A DNA stretch of 64,000 nucleotides from positions 16,884 through 80,883 of the IMG/VR virus record IMGVR_UViG_3300037961_005793. One strand, written 5' to 3'. The stretch comes from a virus. The notes under the pieces were generated by a model. It did not search any database and was not told the origin of the DNA. It worked only from the letters and a program-made list of their open reading frames with translations. Positions 56,547 to 64,000 of the stretch are shown here, piece by piece. A program made the translations under genes and the position numbers. Within the stretch, counting starts at the first letter, position 1, and every line of letters begins with the position of its first letter.

Positions 56547-57123
56547 TAACTCGCATAGAGTTTTTTAGCATCTCAAGTCTATTCGCTTGGTTTCGATGTG
56601 TCCGTGACGCCTTGTCTAGTTGGCTCACAATATCAGTCAATTCGTTTTCGACTCCTGTCTCATACGCTGGCTCTTGTTGTTGATCTCTAATTGGACCTCC
56701 GTGTAACCACGCATCACAGGTTCGAGCAGCAGCACACTTGAATTTGAATAATTGACAATAACCCAAATCAGCAAGATCTAAAACATCTTGTGGATCTGCT
56801 GCGTTAGTTTCGTTAATTCCTTTTTCTATACAACTCATAACGACGCTTGACTGGTCAAAAGCTGCGCAGTTGCCGCAACGAGCAGTCTTTACAGTTTGGT
56901 CATCTGTACCCCAAAGAGCTGCTTTCTCCTCCCAAAAACCGGGATCAGGAGAGTCTGGATTCAAGGGGCCATATCCAAATTTCTTAATAGTCCAGTCTCT
57001 GTTTTTAATATTTTCCTCTATATCTACTGTCGCTAAAGGACACTTAGGGGATACCTCGGTTACTTTCTTTCCTAAGAGTATTTTTCCTCTAAGGTCTACA
57101 TCTGTATTAGAAGAGTCTTTCAT
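56539..57123 (-). CDS. Cys-motif phage protein
   Basis: YGPLNP, RCGNCAAF and GYCQLFKFKCAAARTCDAW motifs. Confidence 0.75.
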   Translation of the reverse strand: MKDSSNTDVDLRGKILLGKKVTEVSPKCPLATVDIEENIKNRDWTIKKFGYGPLNPDSPDPGFWEEKAALWGTDDQTVKTARCGNCAAFDQSSVVMSCIEKGINETNAADPQDVLDLADLGYCQLFKFKCAAARTCDAWLHGGPIRDQQQEPAYETGVENELTDIVSQLDKASRTHRNQANRLEMLKNSMRVNG

Positions 57124-57129
57124 TGTATT

Positions 57130-57360
57130 TTATTTTTTATCTTTTTTCTCGTACTCTTCACGAGTCTGCCAGTCTTCTTTGCTCCATTTTGAGAGTTTAT
57201 TTTTGGAAGACTTCTTGCCTTCGTATTTACCTCCCATATCCTTGTAATATTTTGTCGCAAGCTGCATGGCACGGGCGGAGTGACCGCCCATTTTCTTACG
57301 AGCTTTAGCTTTTGCCCGTGCCCACTTAGCAGGATCTTTTTTCTTGGCTGTTTCAGCCAT
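57130..57360 (-). CDS. DUF5872-like, N-terminal half
   Basis: SARAMQLA...YK..GG.Y...L.KW.KEDWQT; true start likely ATG 57360. Confidence 0.7.
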   Translation of the reverse strand: MAETAKKKDPAKWARAKAKARKKMGGHSARAMQLATKYYKDMGGKYEGKKSSKNKLSKWSKEDWQTREEYEKKDKK

Positions 57361-57508
57361 AGTATTCCATACCCTCTTCTTCCATACCTTCTCCATCGAG
57401 TTCTTCGATCTTACGGGCGAGAAGATCCCTGCCACGCTCTTGAATCATGGCGTCATCTTCCTCCATCATGGGACCAGGAGCGAAGGAACCGGGATTGTTA
57501 GGCATCAT
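57353..57508 (-). CDS. 51-aa acidic protein
   Basis: MMPNNPGSF...EEEGMEYYG; coupled at both ends; read manually. Confidence 0.55.
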   Translation of the reverse strand: MMPNNPGSFAPGPMMEEDDAMIQERGRDLLARKIEELDGEGMEEEGMEYYG

Positions 57509-57642
57509 GACCGAATGGACTCAAGCTTCTTGTGTATCTTAGCTGCTTTCTTAATCAACTTCTGAGCCTCTTGACGAGTCAAACACTCAGAAGCAAGGAC
57601 ACTGACTTTTGCAAGTTTTTTATGTTGTTTTTCTGGATTCAT
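57505..57642 (-). CDS. 45-aa basic protein
   Basis: ECLTRQEAQKLIKKA; coupled; read manually. Confidence 0.6.
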   Translation of the reverse strand: MNPEKQHKKLAKVSVLASECLTRQEAQKLIKKAAKIHKKLESIRS

Positions 57643-57902
57643 CAGTCTCTGTCGGAGGTGTTACGTTCATCTTTTCGACCGCGCTCACGCTCGATCTTGT
57701 ATTTTTTAGCACGAGTTTTTGCTCTGGTCTGCTTGGACATTTCACCACGGCGCTTACCTTTCTCGGTAGCTTTATTTGTACCCTCTTTTAAATCACCTGA
57801 TTTCTGGAGTGACTTAGTGGCGATAGCATAAGCTGCGCCTTTCTTCATGTCAGGGTTTTCTTTCATGATGCTTTTTACAGCATCCTCGAGAATGGCGGGC
57901 AT
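57642..57902 (-). CDS. Small basic protein
   Basis: AYAIATKSLQKSG.LK.G...T.KG. Confidence 0.7.
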   Translation of the reverse strand: MPAILEDAVKSIMKENPDMKKGAAYAIATKSLQKSGDLKEGTNKATEKGKRRGEMSKQTRAKTRAKKYKIERERGRKDERNTSDRD

Positions 57903-57907
57903 TTTAT

Positions 57908-58123
57908 ATGATCAGCTATATTGATATTGTAACTCGCTCTAAAAGAGTGGACTTTTTATTATCTAACTGGGGTGAAATTGTAAGTATCGCTGGAGCAGTC
58001 CACCTCCTTGCTTTGGCGATCGTAAATTTAACTCCTACACCGAAAGACGACGAAATCTACGGGAAGGTGTACAAAGTCATTGAAAAAGTGGCTGGTATTG
58101 TCACCAAAATTGCTAAGAAGTAA
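57908..58123 (+). CDS. Small membrane protein, holin-like
   Basis: Transmembrane segment then LTPTPKDD. Confidence 0.65.
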   Translation: MISYIDIVTRSKRVDFLLSNWGEIVSIAGAVHLLALAIVNLTPTPKDDEIYGKVYKVIEKVAGIVTKIAKK

Positions 58124-58519
58124 TCAAGCAGTCTCTGGAAGTAAAAGGGCTTTTGGTTCCATCCAATTAGTCCATACGACAGAGGGAGGATCAGGTTCTG
58201 GTTGCTGGTTAATCCAGCTCAGAATCCTGTCCTCCCTTTCTGGTGTCCAAAAAACTTGACCTCGATACCAAACAAACCAATCAAGGTCGCTTTTTTCAAG
58301 ATTACATGCTCCACAGGCTCCGATTAGGTTCTTTCGGTCCTGTTTACCTCCTCTCGCACGAGGCACTACATGGTCAAGTGTCGTTGGATGGTGCCTCCCG
58401 CAATACGCACACTCGGGCCACTCATCCAAAATACTTCGTCGAAAACGTTTTCTAGCAGACCTCTTCTGTAAACATTGAAGATTGAAGACTAAATCGTTTT
58501 CGAAGTCGACCATAGACAA
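58124..58519 (-). CDS. HNH endonuclease
   Basis: CAYCG, TLDHVVP..RGG and NL..AC..CN..K motifs. Confidence 0.9.
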   Translation of the reverse strand: MSMVDFENDLVFNLQCLQKRSARKRFRRSILDEWPECAYCGRHHPTTLDHVVPRARGGKQDRKNLIGACGACNLEKSDLDWFVWYRGQVFWTPEREDRILSWINQQPEPDPPSVVWTNWMEPKALLLPETA

Positions 58520-58559
58520 TGGTGCGGCTTGATTAAAGTCTAGTTAGTAATTGATAACT

Positions 58560-60998
58560 TTACCGCGCACGGGAAGTTTTAAACGGATGTTCAGCAAAAG
58601 CAGCATAGATAAGCCTTTGACCGCTCGAGTTTGCATCTACGCCTGCTTGTCGAATTTTGAACCCGTTTGAAAGCAGGTCAACGCCAATAGAGAAAGACCC
58701 TTGCGCTGATCCATCGAATTCAGCACCACTTGTATTAGCCCTCAAAATTCCATCAGTTTCATTGTATTCAGGTCTACGGTAGTCAAAAATGTTCCAATTA
58801 CCTGCATAAGTTTCACTCTTTACCATAACCCAGTTTGGTCTAAAACCGGTGTACACAAACGGACCATTGGTTGAACCGTTGCCGGTGAACACACCAAAAT
58901 TGCTAAAACCGTCGACAGGGGCAAAGCAGTAAGCAACATATGTATAACTGCTAGCATTTGTGTCGTTATCAGTTCCAACATTAACTACTGAACTTGTAGG
59001 TGCGGTGTTGTTCCAAAAAGGGCCGGCATCGGTTGAGCTAACTGCGTTTCCAGAATTTAAATATGCGTATAGTTCTGCTGGGGTAGCTCCTCCCACGCTG
59101 TTCGATGCGTGGTAAACAGCCCAGTTTTGGGTATTGCTGCGAGATTTAACGATTACAAATTCTGGAGTTGCACCCAAACCATGGCCGAATGTTGCATTTG
59201 AGCCAGTGCCGGTATAGGTAACAATCGAGCACCCAGCAGACGTATTGACGCGGACATTAGTTGTGATGCTGCCGTCAGTGTTGCTGGCTGTTGACGTTCC
59301 ACAGTCCCACGTCCAACCAACGTAAGTTCGTCCATTTGTGTTAAAATCACCTCCTGATCCTAAACTAAATCCTGTTGCGCTAGTGCTTGTAACACCATTT
59401 GTGTCGGTATAATCTGCACGAGCTTGGTTAGTCTCCTGAACCTCTGAAATACCTCTAACTGTGTCAACTAATTTGCTATCAACAGCGTGACTACGTGTTT
59501 TTGTCCAGATAATATCAGGATTGAAGTTCAAAGACGAAACCGTCTGAGAGCTACCGTTACCGGTCCACAAAGCGACATCAAACGCCGTCAAACCATCGGC
59601 AATCGTTGGGTCCGGAAAATTCGTTGTGCAGAGTGACTTGTAGCCTGTTGGGATAGAAGAGATTGCAAACTGGCGTTGGCCGAAATTCCAGTTGCCAGCT
59701 TGACCCGATCCAGCACTTTCGCCGCCACCAAAAAAGTATGGACCGCTTGTTAATCCTGTGTACGCAGCAGTGCCGCTATTTTGAACAATGCCGTTTTTAT
59801 AGAAATAAATATTTCCACCGTCAGCATCAAACGCTACGCCAATCGTGTCTCCGGCACCGAATGAATCACCGTAGGTAGCGCCAGTCGCATTATTGTACTT
59901 TTTGCCATTATTGTAATAAACGTAGTCGCCAGAACCCTGTCCCAAATAGCCGTTGCTGAGAATTGGATTATTTGTAATGCCTACGTTTGCGTTACTCGTT
60001 GTAAGAGTAAATTCAACGTACCATTTGCCACTTGATACACCTATTGTGCTGACAAAAATTGCATTGTTTGATCCTGAATGAGATACGTCTAAATTACCAT
60101 TCGACAGCGTAATGCTCGAACCTTTTTGCAGCGGATTCAACGTCGCATAGTTGCCGCCGTTATTGCCGGACGCTGCTGTGTAGTTTGTCGGTGTGTCGAT
60201 CAGGCTGTCGTTATCCTCACCTGCTGTAACTGAAATGTTATTAACCGTCCAATTGTTACCGTTGCCGCTGGTATCAGTTCCAAGCGCAGAAGCACTGCTG
60301 TTATCAGAAAAATTTAGATAAAAACCATTTGTTCCGTACGTCAAATTATCTTTGCAGTCCTTAGGGTTCCAGTTGTTGTCGGAGTCATATTCGCCGAACT
60401 CAGTCGGAGCGAGTCCTTGACCGTCAACAAAATGCATTTCTGCTACATAAATATCTCCCGGTATCTGTGGGCTACCTGCTGACTGGTTAGCGGCAATAAA
60501 GTTATGGGTGTCCCCAAATATAAGCGCAGAACCGTCTTGGCCTGGATACGATGCTGTATTAAAGGCAGTAACCTGCGAACCGTTTACGTAAAATTTAATT
60601 CGATCGCTAGATGAGGCTTGCGTAGTGTCAAACGCAAGGACAAAATGATACCAAGCTGATGGATCTCTGAAAACCTGAGTAGTTTCAAAGGTTTGGCCTA
60701 CGTTGTTCCCACAAGAAATCGTATCGTTAGCTTGAAATTCAATATTGCAGAACGTGTAACTGCCGCCAATGCTTCCATATCCAGAAAAAAGTGTATTTCT
60801 AAACCCTACTTTTCCGCGTTTAACCCAAAAGGAAAGAGTGCTTTTGGTTGAAGAAGTTGAGCTGGAGAAAGACTTATAAAGGTTGGCAGTATCATTACTG
60901 TTAAAGCGCAAACTACGGTCTACTTGATAACTGCTTCCTCCCGAAGCAACGTTTGCAGCGCCAACGATTGCGGAAGTTACACCGTTAAGAGCTGACAT
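58560..60998 (-). CDS. Tail fibre / receptor-binding protein (LamG-like plus SPRY-like domains)
   Basis: SLRFN, FRDPSAWYH, GKWYVE, NFGQ and terminal AFAEHPFK motifs. Confidence 0.8.
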   Translation of the reverse strand: MSALNGVTSAIVGAANVASGGSSYQVDRSLRFNSNDTANLYKSFSSSTSSTKSTLSFWVKRGKVGFRNTLFSGYGSIGGSYTFCNIEFQANDTISCGNNVGQTFETTQVFRDPSAWYHFVLAFDTTQASSSDRIKFYVNGSQVTAFNTASYPGQDGSALIFGDTHNFIAANQSAGSPQIPGDIYVAEMHFVDGQGLAPTEFGEYDSDNNWNPKDCKDNLTYGTNGFYLNFSDNSSASALGTDTSGNGNNWTVNNISVTAGEDNDSLIDTPTNYTAASGNNGGNYATLNPLQKGSSITLSNGNLDVSHSGSNNAIFVSTIGVSSGKWYVEFTLTTSNANVGITNNPILSNGYLGQGSGDYVYYNNGKKYNNATGATYGDSFGAGDTIGVAFDADGGNIYFYKNGIVQNSGTAAYTGLTSGPYFFGGGESAGSGQAGNWNFGQRQFAISSIPTGYKSLCTTNFPDPTIADGLTAFDVALWTGNGSSQTVSSLNFNPDIIWTKTRSHAVDSKLVDTVRGISEVQETNQARADYTDTNGVTSTSATGFSLGSGGDFNTNGRTYVGWTWDCGTSTASNTDGSITTNVRVNTSAGCSIVTYTGTGSNATFGHGLGATPEFVIVKSRSNTQNWAVYHASNSVGGATPAELYAYLNSGNAVSSTDAGPFWNNTAPTSSVVNVGTDNDTNASSYTYVAYCFAPVDGFSNFGVFTGNGSTNGPFVYTGFRPNWVMVKSETYAGNWNIFDYRRPEYNETDGILRANTSGAEFDGSAQGSFSIGVDLLSNGFKIRQAGVDANSSGQRLIYAAFAEHPFKTSRAR

Positions 60999-60999
60999 A

Positions 61000-61788
61000 T
61001 CAAACGTTCAGAACGGACGTTGTAATAATGGTACTCGCATCCTGAACGTAGTACAGAAGCGCATCTTGCCCACTAGCGGCGGTGGTCAAAGTGGGTGCGG
61101 TGCCTCCGGCGAACGCGAAAACGGCGTTATAAGCAAGCGTACGAGATCCCGTACCGTCTTGAAGAATATAAATAGCTCCAGACTGACCGCCACTAGCGTT
61201 TGTAGGAGCACCAAGTGTACCGTTTCCGGTCAGGGTCATATCGAAATTATTTGATGATCCAAAATCGAGGGTAATTGTGCCGCTTTCGAGCCCTTCAGCT
61301 TTAATGTCAGAATAAGACTGAGACTGAACGCGAACGTTCCCCGAAATCGGGCCGCCAGTTTTGTCATATTTACCGCTTACGTCGGTGAGAGCGGCATTAC
61401 CAGAAGCTAAAGCAGTAGAAGCGTCGACTAATGCTGCGTTTCCAGATGCAAGTGCGGTGGCTGCATCAACTAAGGCTGCATTACCAGAAGCGAGTGCGCC
61501 CTCTTCGGCAACCGCAAGAGTTAAAGCTGCGTTACCAGAGGCAAGAGCTTCAGCAGCATCAACAAGAGCCGCGTTTCCTGAAGCAGAAGCTCCAGTTAAA
61601 TCTGCAAGAGCAGCATTACCTGAGGCAAGTGCGGTAATTGCAGTTCCGTCATACCCAAGTTCACCGCCAAGTGTATATAAACCACTTGGATTACTTATTA
61701 GAGTTACACTCGCACCAATAATTCCGTCGCCCGGAGGCAGTTCAGCGAAAGCGCCGCTGACTAAAACAATAGGCTGACGATCTGCCAT
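61000..61788 (-). CDS. Tail-associated protein with ALASGNAAL repeats
   Basis: Six repeats plus a QDGTGSRT...GGTAPTLT domain. Confidence 0.7.
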   Translation of the reverse strand: MADRQPIVLVSGAFAELPPGDGIIGASVTLISNPSGLYTLGGELGYDGTAITALASGNAALADLTGASASGNAALVDAAEALASGNAALTLAVAEEGALASGNAALVDAATALASGNAALVDASTALASGNAALTDVSGKYDKTGGPISGNVRVQSQSYSDIKAEGLESGTITLDFGSSNNFDMTLTGNGTLGAPTNASGGQSGAIYILQDGTGSRTLAYNAVFAFAGGTAPTLTTAASGQDALLYYVQDASTIITTSVLNV

Positions 61789-61818
61789 GACGGAATATTT
61801 TAATTACAGTCTAACAAC

Positions 61819-62316
61819 TTAGGTGCTTAAGAAAACAGGACCATCGATCTCTAAGTGAATATCAGACTGAGTAAGAGCCATGCCCACAAGGGTCGAAGCT
61901 TGGAAACCGCCTGAGAAAGAGATACCTGAAGGTTCAGTTAATGTAACTTGTCCAGGAATGTTGGATAAATAGTAATAACGCCCAGGAGTTAAAGTGCTCT
62001 GGTGTGTGATGTTCTGGCTATCGACGGTAGCGACTTCGTCTGTGACAACAGGAACGGTTGCGCCTGCATTTCCAGAAACTGTCGTGATACCCACGGCGTA
62101 CGCTGCGTCAGCAATAGTGCCTGAAGCGGCGGAAGCAGCAAAAATGACCGATCCGCTCACATAAACGACTGAACCAGAGTCGAGGTTTTCGCCGAGTTCA
62201 AAATCGAACGTCGGATTTAACGAAGATGAAATACCAGCGCCGTTAACTAACCAAACCTGAGTGCCTGCTGGCTCATAAGACGTATAACGCCTGTTGAAAA
62301 TGGATCGGTTGGACAC
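61819..62316 (-). CDS. Virion fibre/structural protein
   Basis: LTPGRYYYLS..PG motif. Confidence 0.65.
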   Translation of the reverse strand: MSNRSIFNRRYTSYEPAGTQVWLVNGAGISSSLNPTFDFELGENLDSGSVVYVSGSVIFAASAASGTIADAAYAVGITTVSGNAGATVPVVTDEVATVDSQNITHQSTLTPGRYYYLSNIPGQVTLTEPSGISFSGGFQASTLVGMALTQSDIHLEIDGPVFLST

Positions 62317-62326
62317 TGTTTACACC

Positions 62327-62929
62327 TCAGAAACTAATGACGTCGTCACCAAAAGCAGCTGTAATACCAGCAGAAGTGGCATTACTTTCGAAGGTGACGC
62401 CACTGTCAGAGGTTCCTCCATCAACCGGAGGATCTACTTCTTCTTCAGGCGGTTCCACAACAGGTTGATCAGGGTCAGCAGGCCAAAATGAATAGTCACT
62501 TTCAGCTCCGGACACCGTGACAATATAAGCTTCAAACTCAGTTACAGAAGTTGTTGCAGTAAGAGCAGCGATTTTGGTTTGAGCAGCTTCGCGAATGCTC
62601 TGACGCCATTCTGTCCATCCAGCGGGAACTTCAGCACCGGAGTCGGCTTTACGAACAATCATCCAATCACTTGGAGTGAGGATTTTATTTGCTGTTTCGT
62701 TCGTTGTGTTAGTCCACAGTGTTTTTAAACCGTCTAAATCCTTCGGTAACCCAGGACCCCACCAGAAACGTTGGTCATAAGCGGGAACCACGGGGTCGGG
62801 AACTTCCTCAATGCCAATGGCTTCTTTTTCAGCCAGAGTCGTTAAGCGAAGCCAGTTCGCAGGGTAGTTATAACCGGCGTGTGAAAACGGACGGTCATAC
62901 TGCAGTGTTTTTCCGTCGAGAACTAACAC
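62327..62929 (-). CDS. Tail fibre assembly chaperone-like protein
   Basis: YPANWL, L.PSDW...R and WP motifs. Confidence 0.7.
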   Translation of the reverse strand: MLVLDGKTLQYDRPFSHAGYNYPANWLRLTTLAEKEAIGIEEVPDPVVPAYDQRFWWGPGLPKDLDGLKTLWTNTTNETANKILTPSDWMIVRKADSGAEVPAGWTEWRQSIREAAQTKIAALTATTSVTEFEAYIVTVSGAESDYSFWPADPDQPVVEPPEEEVDPPVDGGTSDSGVTFESNATSAGITAAFGDDVISF

Positions 62930-62977
62930 GGCGACTTTGATTCTTTTATAAGTTAAGTATAACCGTTAAATTAAATC

Positions 62978-64000
62978 TTATCGAGCGCGGGCGGTTTTGA
63001 AGGGATGCTCAGCAAATGCGGCGTAGATATAACTCGTGCTACTTGCATTCATCTGGCTGTGATCATGTTTTATCTTAAATCCGTTAGAAAGTATATCTGT
63101 CTGATAAGCAATACCAAGCGCATTGCCCTCCGCGTTTGAAGTATTTGCTTCAAGATCTATTTGGCCTCCGTTATATCCATTGCGCTCATCGTCAAGCAGA
63201 ATCCAGCTTTTTGCAGTATCAACTGACTTAATCAGTAAATATGCGGGCCTAAACCCGGTATACACAAACGGGCCATTAGATGAACCGTTTCCGGTGTACG
63301 AACCAAACGCGCTATAGCCTGCGACAGGTGCAAAAGCATATAGGACAATATCGCTATTCCAAGCAGCGGTTGGACCGGGCGGCAAGTAAATTACGGAAGA
63401 CGTAGGAGTTGTAACGTCATTACTTGAAGCAGCATCAGTTGAATTAAGGCTAAGACGGTTCGCTCCTAGTGACGTATGCCATACCACCCATGACGATGCA
63501 GTGTCACGATGCTTCCAAATCCACATAGCTGGGGGGACATTAAGTCCATGACCAACTGAATAATTAGAGCTAGTTTGTGCAGGAGTCGTCGCAGTCACTA
63601 CAGAAAATCCAGCAGACGCATTGGCGCGGACACTTGAAGTGATGCTGCCGTCAGTGTTGCTGGCCGTTGACGTTCCGGCGTCCCAAGTCCAGGCGACAAG
63701 GTTGGCACCGCTTGCATTAAGTCCAACGTCATTTCCTATGCTAAAGCCGTCGGAATTGAATGACGTTAAAAGTTGTGTTTCTGTTGCCTCAGCATTAGTG
63801 TTGTCGGAGATAAGTACCTTATTAGAACCACGGACTACATCGAATAACTTGTGAGTATAAGCATTAACACGGTCTTTGATCCAAACAAAGTCAGGTTGAA
63901 AATCAAGACCCGTAATCGACTGAGCACTACCGGTGCCCGTGTAGGTCACAGCATCAAACGCCGTCGAACCATCGGCAATCGTTGGGTCCGGAAAATTCGT
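62978..64000 (-). CDS. Second tail fibre paralog, 5'-truncated by window edge
   Basis: Frame open to the window end; homologous to the C-terminal part of 58560-60998. Confidence 0.8.
   Translation of the reverse strand, partial: TNFPDPTIADGSTAFDAVTYTGTGSAQSITGLDFQPDFVWIKDRVNAYTHKLFDVVRGSNKVLISDNTNAEATETQLLTSFNSDGFSIGNDVGLNASGANLVAWTWDAGTSTASNTDGSITSSVRANASAGFSVVTATTPAQTSSNYSVGHGLNVPPAMWIWKHRDTASSWVVWHTSLGANRLSLNSTDAASSNDVTTPTSSVIYLPPGPTAAWNSDIVLYAFAPVAGYSAFGSYTGNGSSNGPFVYTGFRPAYLLIKSVDTAKSWILLDDERNGYNGGQIDLEANTSNAEGNALGIAYQTDILSNGFKIKHDHSQMNASSTSYIYAAFAEHPFKTARAR

Noticed and set aside
58560-64000. Diversity-generating retroelement acting on the tail fibres
   Set aside because: No reverse transcriptase in the window; the shared blocks are short, both coding, and do not show adenine-specific variation
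1-64000. Prophage/integration module, photosynthesis AMGs, introns or inteins in polA, terL or primase
   Set aside because: No integrase, psbA/hli or splicing motifs seen; these genes are uninterrupted

Overview
A 64-kb segment of a tailed dsDNA phage genome. It most likely infects picocyanobacteria, judging by several small cyanobacterial/cyanophage-type proteins, a DUF4278-like protein and NtcA-like boxes. No photosynthesis genes, integrase or CRISPR array are visible. Layout: (1) 1-26.7 kb, mostly minus strand: head morphogenesis (major capsid, portal, terminase, candidate scaffold and internal proteins) interleaved with four glycosyltransferase-like genes, a GH130-like gene, two methyltransferases and a tRNA-Leu(UAA). 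(2) 27.1-28.2 kb: a non-coding strand-switch region with G-tracts followed by about 800 nt of densely structured sequence. (3) 28.2-52 kb, plus strand: small early genes, dCTP deaminase, a RavA/ViaA-like MoxR-VWA operon, family A DNA polymerase, SSB, exonuclease and primase-helicase. (4) 52-64 kb, mostly minus strand: ThyX, endolysin, small basic proteins and tail-fibre genes. Best candidates for undescribed biology: a host-nitrogen-responsive (NtcA-box) early module including an unannotated DUF4278/IF17-like microprotein; a large structured RNA at the start of the early region; a virion glycosylation/methylation pathway with a possible Ser-Gly acceptor motif; and a repeated domain that occurs in acidic and hyper-basic versions. 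All family names come from motif recognition by eye, not from database searches.
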